DNA of 64,000 bases from the human T2T-CHM13v2.0 reference genome, Homo sapiens: NCBI RefSeq assembly GCF_009914755.1, contig NC_060926.1; one strand, written 5' to 3'. A program made the translations under genes and the position numbers. Shown here in pieces: positions 26,550 to 39,269 of this stretch. The notes under the pieces are model-generated. The model was not told the DNA's origin. It worked only from the letters and a program-made list of their open reading frames with translations, and searched no databases. Position 1 is the first letter of the stretch, and each line of letters begins with the position of its first letter.

Positions 26550-28300
26550 GTTTTAGGGCTTAGTCGCCCCACGGCCCCCTCGAGGCTGTCCGAGGCCCTC
26601 CTGAACGCTGTCCTCCTCAGTTACCCTCCGCGACGCGCCCGTTCCCCCTCCTCTGGGAGGCAGGGCGGGGGTATCGGATTAGTCTTTGTTTTCGACGCGA
26701 AAGAATCGAGCGCGGCGCGGGGGAGGCTGGTGATGGCAGGGCCGTGGGGTCCACCTGGACAGGGCATTCGGCCGTGACCCCTGCGAGGGTGCCCTTAGCC
26801 TCTGCCCCCGAGCAACCCCTTCTTGCCGGCCAGGCTGACTCGGTACGCAAACGCGCGATGTCCCCCATTGTCCTGCCTCGGAATGAGCCAGCGGCAGCTG
26901 GGACAGGGGGGTCAGTCGGGCCCGGCGCTCAGGCCTCCCGGGGGCGCCGGGGCTGTCCCGGACAGATCTGGCCCGCAGGGAGTGGCAGGAAGTGGGGACA
27001 CCGAGCGAGGCTCGGCCGAGGGCCTAGGCTGGAAGGTCCGCGTGCCCCACCCCGCCTCGCCGGCCCCGGCTGCAGCCCCGCCGGAGGGCGAGGGTGGCCA
27101 ACCCGAAGGGGGCGGCCGCCTCCCGGGAGGGCCGACCGCGTGGGTGGGAGCCACTGCAGGTGCAGAGAAGCGGCGGCCGGGCCGGAGCCTGCCCCAAGCC
27201 GCTCGCAGGCCGCCCACCCGACCCCTCCCCTCCGCGGGAACCACCCCCCTCTCGCCCGGCCCGGGGCCCGGCCGGGCCGGCGGGGCTCGGCGGGGCCGCA
27301 CGTGTGCGCCCTCCCGGGCGGGGGAGTCCCCGGGCGAGCACGTGCCGCGGTGCGCGGGGGGCGGGGAGTCCCGCGGACGCCTTCATTGCTGCTGCTGCTG
27401 CCGCCGCGGCCGCCGCTGCCTCTTCCTTCCTCCTGCGCCGTCCCCTCCTCGGCCCGGGCGGGGGGCTCCGCGCGCCGAGCTCGGTCGGGCCGGGCGCTCC
27501 GGGAGGCGGGAGCCCCAGGCGGCGGCGGCGGCGGCCGCGACGGTGGTGGCGGCGGCGGCGCGGGCCGGGAAACTTTGCCCCTTTGTGCGCTCCGCCCCGG
27601 AGGCGGCGGGCAGGTCGGTGCAGTCGGTGCCTTTCCGGCTCCGGAGTGGGGGAGGGGCGGCGGGAGGCGCGGGGGGCCCGGCCCGGGGGAGGGGGAGGGG
27701 ACGGCCCGGATCCGGCGGGGGGCCGCTCCTCCGGTGCGGGGGGCCGGACTGGGGTGCTGCGGGGCGCTGTGCGGCTGAGCCGGGCGGGGGTGGCGGGGCG
27801 GGGGCGGGGGCTGCGAAGCCGCCGGAGCGGAGTGGCGGAGGCCCCAGAACAAAGGAGCCCGAGCGGCGGCGCGCGCGCGGCCCGGCCCGCGGCTCGAGCG
27901 CGCCCCCCTCCCCGCGCCCCTCGGCGGCGCGGGCCGCCCTCCCCAGTCGGGCTGGCGGGCTGCGCTCCGGCGGCGGGCGCGGCGGGCGCGGGCTGCCCAG
28001 GGCGCGCCCCCACCTCCAGGCGGCTTCCGTGCCGGGGGCGCCGGGGCAGTCCCGCCGAGCGAGGCTCTCAGCAAACTTTATTTTGAAAGCTCAGCTCCCT
28101 AGGGAGGGCCCGGCGGCCTCCAGCCAGGGCGTGTGGGGGAATTTTGGTGAAACTCTCACCAGCCCGTGGGGGTGGGGAAGAGGGCAACTTTCTTAGAAAT
28201 CTCACCTTGATCACCCCCTTGAATCCAGGGCCCCCAGCAGCCCTCAGGCCCGAGGCCGCCTCCCTCAGACAGGGAGCGGGTGCTGGGTGCGTCCTGCCTG
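26550..28300. promoter_or_regulatory. TET3: Main TET3 CpG-island promoter
   Basis: Very high GC and CpG density, multiple GC boxes, two CACGTG, G-runs; directly precedes the CXXC exon. Confidence 0.92.
27360..27613 (+). other. TET3: TET3 non-coding exon 1 (TSS approximate)
   Basis: Donor CAG|GTCGGT at 27613/27614 in the island core; no ATG; GCN and GGC triplet tracts. Confidence 0.7.
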
Positions 28301-28435
28301 AGGTTCTGGGCAGGACCTCAATTGAGCAAGCCCCATCTCTTCCCCCATTTTCTCTTCCCAGAAACAGGAAGAAGTGACACGTGAAAGTTGTCCCTGAGCC
28401 CCGAGTGATGCGCTTCCCCTTTCTGTCTTTTTCAG

Positions 28436-29210
<775 letters not shown>

Positions 29211-32200
29211 TGATCACGGGGGTCTTGTTCAAGCAAGGCTCGTCCAGTTGAGTCCATTCTCTCATTTCTGATCCTCTTGGTCCAACTTTAAGTAGGAGTG
29301 TAACTGACATGTTTGGACTCCTTTGCAGGGCTGACAATTTGTATGAGTAACTGGGTAGAAGGGGGATCTGAGCTAGCACCCTCATCTCTGATGTTTGCAT
29401 TTGAGGCGGGACTGTGATGTCTACCTTTACCTCTAGAAGTTTCTTGTCCTGCTGCTTGAAGCCTCAGATGTTGTATTTCAAGCTCATGCTAATGCTTGGA
29501 TGACTTGGTCAGTGAGGGTGTAAGATAAGAGATGGAGGCTGATGGATTTGGAGACAAAGTTTTGGATTGACAGGGTGGTTTTATGATGCCCTGATGGAGT
29601 GGGATGTTTCTTTCATCGTTTTTCTCAGATGGCCAGAGAGCCAGTTGAAACTGTTGGGGAATCTAGTGACGAACTGATGTTTTGGGTTCCCCTATCTTAG
29701 TTCTTCTTGCGGTCAAAAACTTTATTTCTGTGTTCTCGGGACCTGGCACAATTCCTTGGCAGGTAGTAGGCACTCAGATACTAATTGCATGAATGGATGA
29801 CATGCTTTTGAGACACTGTCAACCCCAGGGAGGTGTACTCCCTTTATTTGGGGTAGTAGGGTGGAGGAGGGAAGGAGATTTGGGGTGAGAGCAGGCAGGG
29901 TGGGAAGGAATGGGAGAGACCATGACCTTGCATTGGCCGTCTTTCCCTCCCATTATAGTGGCGGACTGCCGGCTTGAGGTTGGTGACAGCCGCGACAGCA
30001 GAGAGTTGGCAGAAGTAGGGCTGAGCGAAGTTGAGCAGCTTAGGAGGAGCGGTGTAGCCGCTGAGGTCGCTCCAGGCAGTAGAACTGGCGCTGGACAGAG
30101 ACGGAGGCCTGCGCTGTCTTCGAGCTCCCCCTGGCTCTGCCATTCATTTGTCCAAGGGCCCAGACAACTCGGGCCCCCTCTCTGGGCCTGTCTTTTCCTT
30201 GGGGGAAGTGGAAGAGTTGTACTTGATGGCTTTCAAAGCCTCTTCCAGCTGGGCTGGGAGCTGCTTGCTTCTGAGGACTCGGGTCCCTGTGGCTGGCGTT
30301 GGGCTGGCAGCCCGTGCTCTGGGTTTCCCTGACCGCTGAGTGCAGAGCCTCACAGCGAGCTGGTGGGGCTGGTCCCGTGGCTAGGAAGAAAGATTCAAGT
30401 GTTGAGGACAGGGACATGGGGTTGCTGGATATTTCTGCCCCTTCTCACCTTGTCTTGTCCGTGCCTTGTGGAAGCTGTATGTCCTGACCCAGGGACTGCA
30501 GACTCGGGGCCCTGTTTCCCTTGTTTCTGGTTAAAGCAGACATCTGGATCACATATGCAGCCCCCAGCCCCAGCCTGGGAGACTTCTCTGTTGCTGGTGT
30601 TGGGGGTAGTTATCGTCCTGCTGGCCCAGTGCCCCATGGGTCGCTACTGAAAGCAGGGTGTTATGAAGCGGGGGAGGCTTTACTTCTGGATGTAAGAGCT
30701 GGTGCTTTGGTGTAGGGAGGAGCTGCTGAGTCTACTTTGCAAAGCTTGATTCCTTTGCGCCTTTCCTTCTAGCATTCCTTTTCTTCCCCAGCCCCCATTA
30801 TCTTACTCGGTTCCTCCCATAATTAAACGGGAGGAATGAGGATGCTGAGCTTCCTGGGCTAGATGTTCTTGGAAGCAGTGGCCCTTGTGAACTAAGTTGA
30901 AGTGCTGCTTTTGGCAACAACAGAACATACCTGAGTGAAAGGGGCTGGGAGTGAGGCCAGGACCTTGTCATCCTGTGTGTAAGCTGTCGGCCCAGGCTGC
31001 CGGGTGGTCTTGGTTAAGATATCATGGATCTGGGGTGGCTGAGGCTTAGAGACACCCCTGCTGAGAGATGTCTGCATCCCTGTTGACCTTGCCATGGCCA
31101 ACTGCCTCTCTAAGCCCCAGGGTCAGGTAAGGTGAGGCTGGACAGCCTTGGGTGTCCGAGGACAGAGGGTCTACATGCTGATCTGTGGAGTTCTCTGTTT
31201 CTAGAGAAACAAAAGGGGACAGTGGAATGAGTTTTTTCGTAAAGCTAACTTTCTGTGACTCAAAGAGCAGTACTTTTTTTCTAAGGATAGGTCCTTTCTA
31301 CTTCTCGATGTTTAAAATACGCTTTCTTAAAATGTGCTTTATGAAGTGAAGGTGTAATAGAAATTAGACCTTTTTTTTTTTTTTTAAGTCTTAGCTTGGT
31401 AAAATACAAAATGGTAACCAGTGCCTCTCTCTGAAAAAAAAAAAAGTTTTTTTTGTTTTTTTTTTTTTTTTGGTCCATGAAGGCTGAATGCCAGAGAGTC
31501 ACTGTCTAGGGTATACCACATTTAACGGGCATATCTGTGGCATAATTAATTGAAAAGCTGAGATGTTCCTGAGAGACTGCCAGGGTGGATGAGACCCCAA
31601 GACCAGCCCAGCATTTAGCAGATGCTGGGGACTGCTGGGACCATAACCATTAGATCTTAGCAGCCGTGTGGCAGAGGGAACATGTCCCGGGATTGGGGAG
31701 GCTGTTTTGGCTGTGACTGTTCAGGTGGGGCGGGACGCAGTATCCTAGGATCCTCTCGGACATCAGACCATTTACCTGCATTCCTGCTGTGTGGTACTTC
31801 CTCCTCTCTGTGAGAGTGCTGTGCTCCTCTGGGCACTCTTCCTTACTTCCCTTCTGTCTCCATCTCTCGTAGCTGACTTTGGGGCTTCCTTTGAATTGTC
31901 TGCTTGCAGTTACTTTATATCATCCTGTAAGGAGGAGATTATCTTGGGTTTTCCATCTTCTTTCCCTGCTCCTCACTCTTTTTCTCTGGGCTTTGTCGGT
32001 GGGGAGAAGGGTGCAGGGGAATCCCTCAGAAAAGAAGTTCAGCATTTTAGGGCTAGAGACAGGTCCCCCAGGGATGGGCCTTCCTGCCCTAGGAGGCGGT
32101 GACTACTTCTCTGGGTCCTAATGTGAGGTTGGGGCAGGTTGGTAGTAGCTGTGGTCTTCCTTCCTAGTTCCAGGAAGACTTTAGAGGAGGTTGTTTGATT

Positions 32201-32568
32201 TCATATTCTTTTTACCTGAGTGGTGGCTTGGTAGTACAATGAAGATGACTGAGTAGAAAAGTAGGGTTTGGTGAGTAAGGAAGCACAGTGGATAGGGCTG
32301 AGAACCCAGAGTAAGTGCTGTGCCCTTACTCTCTTGGGCAACCAGTGCTCCATCCCTTCTGTGTCCATTTTCTCAATTGTAAGATGGGAGTAACCCTGCT
32401 TTGTAGGGTTGTCATGAGGATTAAATGAGATAAAATATGCATAATGTCTGGCACATAGTAGGTAATCAATGCATGATGACAAAACATTCCTAAACATCTA
32501 GAAAATGATGAATCTTTATGCATAAACAACTGTGCATTAGTCTTCGAGCTGTAAAGATGCAATACAAG

Positions 32569-32799
32569 GGCTAGGTATGGTGGCTTACTCCTGTAATCCC
32601 AGAGCTTTGGGAGGCTGAGGCAGGATGATCACTTGAGACCAGGCTGGGCAACATAGCAAGACCCCATTGCTAAAAAAAAAAAAAAAATTAGCCAGGCATG
32701 GTGGCATGTGCCTGTAGTCCTAGCTCCTGGAAAGACTGAGGTGGGAGAATCGCCTGAGCCCACAGTGGGCAATATTTGAGCCACTGCACTCCAGCCTGC
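32569..32799 (+). mobile_element. Degenerate Alu (AluJ-like), tail-less, between AGATGCAATACAA direct repeats
   Basis: Alu consensus with internal deletions; flanking repeats at about 32555 and 32810. Confidence 0.8.
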
Positions 32800-33411
32800 A
32801 TACAACTCCAGATGCAATACAAATTAAGCGTTTATCTCAAGGCATTCACCTCACTTGCTCATAGAAGAACCGTGGGGCAGAACAGTAGAGCCAGGCAGAG
32901 GGAGGGAGGAGTTTGCCAGCCTCTGTGCTGGGGGAGGAGGCTAGACACCAAGGAGTCACTATGGTCCTAGGCCTGACTGAAAAGTTGACCATGGATGAGG
33001 GAAGTAAATAACTATTAGAGTAGGAGAATGACCCTTAAAAAAATGCATAGAAAAATGTATGCATAAGTTTGGAAGCATGACTGAGAATATTATGGGTGAA
33101 AATGAGAGAAATGGAAAGATATATGTGATGAGAATACTTTCTAGCCCTCAGCCAACTGGATTTACATCTTGAAACAGATCTCTGCCAGATTTGAGTCAAG
33201 ATACCTTGGAATTGGGAATCTTTCAACAATATCAGAACACCTGATGAATCCTTGCCCATCCTGCTGGTAGTTCTATCTTCCTGAAGATGGAGGCTGTGGA
33301 GAGGAATGTGTTCAGGCTGGTCTCAGCATCAAAGGGAGAATTGACTAGAGAAGTGGAAGTGATGAGAATCTTTAGAGAAAGGGACCGCATCTGAGCATTT
33401 GTCAAGCCTGA

Positions 33412-33651
<240 letters not shown>

Positions 33652-33762
33652 TAGTCTTTAGAATATCGTCTTTCAAATGCAAGCGGTTTTTAACTCCACG
33701 GCCACAGATTCTAAATGAAAATTAGCTGGAGGGATAGAATTGCTTGTTAAAAAGCAAACTCT

Positions 33763-34290
<528 letters not shown>

Positions 34291-34702
34291 AAGGAAACGC
34301 TGATAGAACAGTCATGAATGATAGCTTCAGGAGAAAGGTGTTGGTGGGACTGGGGAAGGACTGAGCCATCTGTGTGGCTGTATGGGCTGTTCTCTAGTGA
34401 GTGAGGGGGTAAAAGGCCAAGCACATTATGTGGAAAGTGGGGACATGGCACTGAAGCAGAGTCAGGAGTGTGGTCTGAGCCCCTAAGAGGAGCATCAGGG
34501 AGTCCAGTGGCCAGAATGTGCTAAGGCTGGTGGAAAATGCTGATAACAATGTCTTGTATATGGTTCTAGCAAGAGTGAGAGGGAAGAGGTAGGCTTACAA
34601 CTTTCTAGGGATGGAGAGAGTGGACAGACACTGGGTCCCTGTGGTGTCAGAAGATATAACCTGGGGAAAACAGAGCCAGCCAGCTACCCTACCTGAGTCT
34701 GA

Positions 34703-35087
<385 letters not shown>

Positions 35088-35774
35088 TAAATAGAGACAG
35101 AGTGTCGCTATTTTGCCCAGCCTGGTGAACTCATGGTGAATTACAATTTTTATGGAATTATGATGATTGAAAGAGGGCCAAAAAACCAGAGATGGGCTAA
35201 AAGTCCAATTTCTCAAAGAGATTTTGAAAATTGTAAATATATAATCTTAATGTCAGTTTTTGAGAGTTCTAGAACAGATTGTTTAAAAGGTGTTTTGTGA
35301 AACTTTAGAAAGGCAGGTGATAAACTTTGAGGGTGCTTGTGGTTCTTTTCAAAGCAGCTGAGGCAAATGAACAGATCTAGATTTCTGTAAATAAATGATG
35401 GCATCTCCTGCCAGCTTGGACAGATGAGAAGTCCAGTTTTTGACTTAAAGTCATCTTAGAGAGGGAGGCCACTGATATGACTGCCCTGTTCAGTCTGTCA
35501 GCCATGTAGATCAGGGGTTCCACATTGGGATCACCTGGGAAACGTAGCAAAACATGGTGCCTGGGCCCCACTCCCAAGGGATTCTGATTTAATTGATCCA
35601 GGGTGGACCAAACTGGTCTGGGGCTCCCAGGTGTACCTAATGTGTAGTTAGCATGGAAACCCTCTGATGCAGGTGAGAGACTGTGAGGTGATGGGCACCT
35701 ACCTGGACTATTCTATGGCAAATTGCTCACCTGAGTCCTGAGACACCTGTATGTTCCACAGCCTCACTTCCACC

Positions 35775-35925
35775 TTGCTGCTCAGTGGACCAGCAGCATT
35801 GGCATCACCTGCAAGTTTGATAGAACTGCAGAATGTCCAGCCCTACCCCAGACCTGCTGAATTGAAATCTGCACTTTAACCAGATCCCCAGGTGATTTGT
35901 ATGTCCATGAAAGTTTGAGGAGCTG
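35775..35925. mobile_element. MER5A-family DNA transposon (a second MER5-like remnant lies at about 35510-35665)
   Basis: ggaccagcagcattggcatcacctg...gcagaat...ccccagacctgctgaattgaaatctgcactttaaccagatccccaggtgattt. Confidence 0.85.
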
Positions 35926-36179
35926 TCTACAACATCTCTATGACCAGAAGGGAATGGGACACGGAGCCAGTGGGGTGGAGGGCGGGGGCAGTGACAAATA
36001 AGCTGTGATGAACAGGCAAAGAATTCCAAGTGCCAGCAGGGTAAAGAGGATGACCCAACCCATTTCCTGACCCTCTAAGCCGGGGAGACAAGGACCTCTT
36101 GAGATTTACTGCATGTTTCTGCTTGTTCTTCTGGCATTTGTTTCCTTGTAGTTTAGTGAGTTATCAGTAAAACCTATCA

Positions 36180-36960
36180 ATAAAACTGATCTACAAAGTT
36201 ATCAGAGAACTTGTGAATTTGTTCTGACAACAGTCAGGAAAGGGCTCTCAGAAGATGTTTGCTGCTCAGCAGCCTGATTCAGGAGGTTGGAGCTCCATGA
36301 CCCAGTAGTAGATGGTGGTGGTTGTGCAGAGGAAGGGGTGTGTCCATAGAATCTTAGGTCTCATGGAACAATCTGGAAGCTTATGGAGCAGAATCGATGT
36401 GTGCCCTTTTCACAAGATGAAGTAGTAGGCGAGTCAGATCTGTGGGTGTGGTGGGTAGGTGGGTGGCAGTGATGATGCAGTTATTACGTTGCATGATAGA
36501 ACAAGGGGCTAAGGAGGTTGGGGCAGTCAGGTACAGTGAGTCCCAGTAAGACTCAATGGGATTTAATCAGGGCAAGTACAAAGGCCTGTACTTGTTTTAA
36601 AAAAGAAATGTACGAACTCTGGCTTCCTAGCAGGTAGGAATAACTGAAACTCTAAAAAAGAATGTTGACAGTCTGTCTTGAAATCTGTCAGAGTGGTCAC
36701 ATGCAGGACAGTTGAAGGAAGCAGGGCTGTTCAGCTGCTGATGAGTAGAGGAACACAGGCTCAGGCAAAGCTTGTATGAAGAAGAGGTCAGTTCCCTCAC
36801 TGGAGGGAGTATGCAGGAGTTTTATTAGTGGGTGAAAGTTATTAGACAGACTGAACCCACATTAGAAAAAAGAATTGTCTAGCATTTATGACTATTCCAG
36901 TACTGAGGAACTAGCCCTGAGAGGTCCTGTGTGACCAGTGCCTGCACGAGTCTGGGTGCT
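36180..36960 (+). mobile_element. Possible ancient CR1/L3 LINE remnant
   Basis: gatttaatcagggcaagtacaaaggcctgtacttg, gttgaaggaagcagggctgttcagc and ttagaaaaaagaattgtct resemble the L3 3' region; highly diverged. Confidence 0.4.
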
Positions 36961-37071
36961 GCCTAACAGGGAAGTTATGAGGATGTCCTCTGGGTTGCGG
37001 GAAGGTTGGGAGGGAGATTCACATTTGGTGGTCTCTTGCTAAGATTATGTGAAGTATATTATCAGGTCTAT

Positions 37072-37720
<649 letters not shown>

Positions 37721-37984
37721 TGTTTGCATGTTTTTTAGATGACTACATGCAAGAGAGGCATCTATCTTAGACTGCAGTATTTTGGTCAACTTTTAGACTT
37801 AATCTTAGACCTAGACCTAATCTCAGACCTCAGTTGGGGTAAGGTCTGTGAACTGTTTTGAAAATTTCAGCCAAATGTTATGTGAATGTGCAGGGGTGTG
37901 TTTTCTCAGGGGAGAGGATCCGTGGTTTTTAGCAGATTGTCAAGAGTATTCAGGACCTCCCCAGATTTAAGAAGCGTGCCCTAC

Positions 37985-38185
37985 CTGAGCCCTCTAATAT
38001 AGTTGCCATCGGCCACAGGTAGCTATTTAAATTTAAATTAGTTAAGATTAAATTCAGTGACTCAGTCATACTGGTCGACTTTCAAATGCTTATTAGCCAC
38101 ATGTGGCTAGTGGCTTGTGGCTCATGTATTGGACGGTGCAGATAGCATTTCTGCCATCACAGGAGGTTCTGTAGGACAGTGCTGG
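37985..38185. mobile_element. MER3/MER33-like hAT DNA transposon
   Basis: ggccacaggtagctatttaaatttaaatt...tagccacatgtggctagtggct...tattggacggtgcag...ttctgtaggacagtgctg. Confidence 0.75.
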
Positions 38186-38966
38186 GAGCCAGCCTTAGAG
38201 TGACCCTGTGTGGTCCCTGAACCCTCACCAAGGGCTCTTTTTAGGTTGGGGAAATAGCTGTCTGAATTGGCAGCTCTCAGGGTTTGAGATCCCAGCCCCC
38301 ACACCCAAGGTAAGTGGTGAGGTCTCTGGACAGAACTTTCCTGGATTCTAACCCACTGCCCAGTCCACTGCTTCTCCTTGAAGGCACGGCCATGCTTTAC
38401 TTGTCGCTATGGGAGAGCACAGGGACAGGAGTGAGGTGGTGTGCGCCACCCAGAGGCTCTCTGTGGGTCCCTAGTGGGGAAAATGACTCCTCCCCACCTA
38501 CAGTCTTGGTCAGCAGCCCCACTGAGCTGTGTTCATGTTGACTTCCAGCTCCAACCTTATCTCCTGGGTCCTGCCAGAGTTGTCCTCTCTGTTGTGGGTT
38601 TTCTTGTTCTGGAAAAGGCAGTGTGGTGACTGGGCGGGCCGGAAGACCAGGTCCAGGGTCTCAGGAGTTGTCACTAATTTCCCACTCCATTCCCCTTCAC
38701 TCCGTTACAGCTCCTTTTTGGAATGAGGGGACGATGCTCAGGAAGAGAGGAGGTATTGGAAAGGAAAGAGACCCCTTCATCTTCTTTTTTAGCCCTGCTC
38801 AACCTGGCTGGCTATTTCTGGGAGGGCCCTTTAGAGTTGCTGTGGGCCTCTGCCTATGTCTGTGCAGGGCATAGGCACTGCACAGACAGTTGCCACACCC
38901 AGGGTGGACAAATCCCATGGTGGCCTTGTCTGCTGTCATTTGCATAGGAAATCTGATAACCTAAGA

Positions 38967-39269
38967 TTTTTTTTTATTTTTTATTTTGAGACAGAGTCTT
39001 GCTCTGTCCCCCAAGTTGGAGTGCAATGGCATGATCTTGGCTCACTGCTACCTCCAATCCTGGATTTGAGCGATTCTCGTGCCTTAGCCTCCTGAGTAGC
39101 TGGGATTACAGGCATGCACCACCACACCTGAATAATTTTTGTATTTTTAGTAGAGACAGGGTTTCGCCATGTTGGCCAGGCTGGTCTTGAACTCCTGGAC
39201 CTCAGGTGATCTGCCTGCCTCGGCCTCCCAAAGTGCTGGGATTACAGGCATGAGCCACCATGACCGGCT
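38967..39269 (-). mobile_element. Alu with TSD TGATAACCTAAG
   Basis: Antisense Alu; flanking direct repeats. Confidence 0.95.

Noticed and set aside
26744-28196. Long ORFs (329-457 aa) in five frames on both strands
   Set aside because: Expected from stop-codon scarcity in an extremely GC-rich CpG island; G/A/P/R low-complexity, no domain, mostly non-ATG starts
36008-36046. ATG-initiated 11-codon phase-0 segment (MNRQRIPSASR|GTAAAG) as a possible oocyte-type alternative first coding exon
   Set aside because: Donor is mediocre, there is no promoter evidence and no recognisable similarity; cannot be supported from sequence alone
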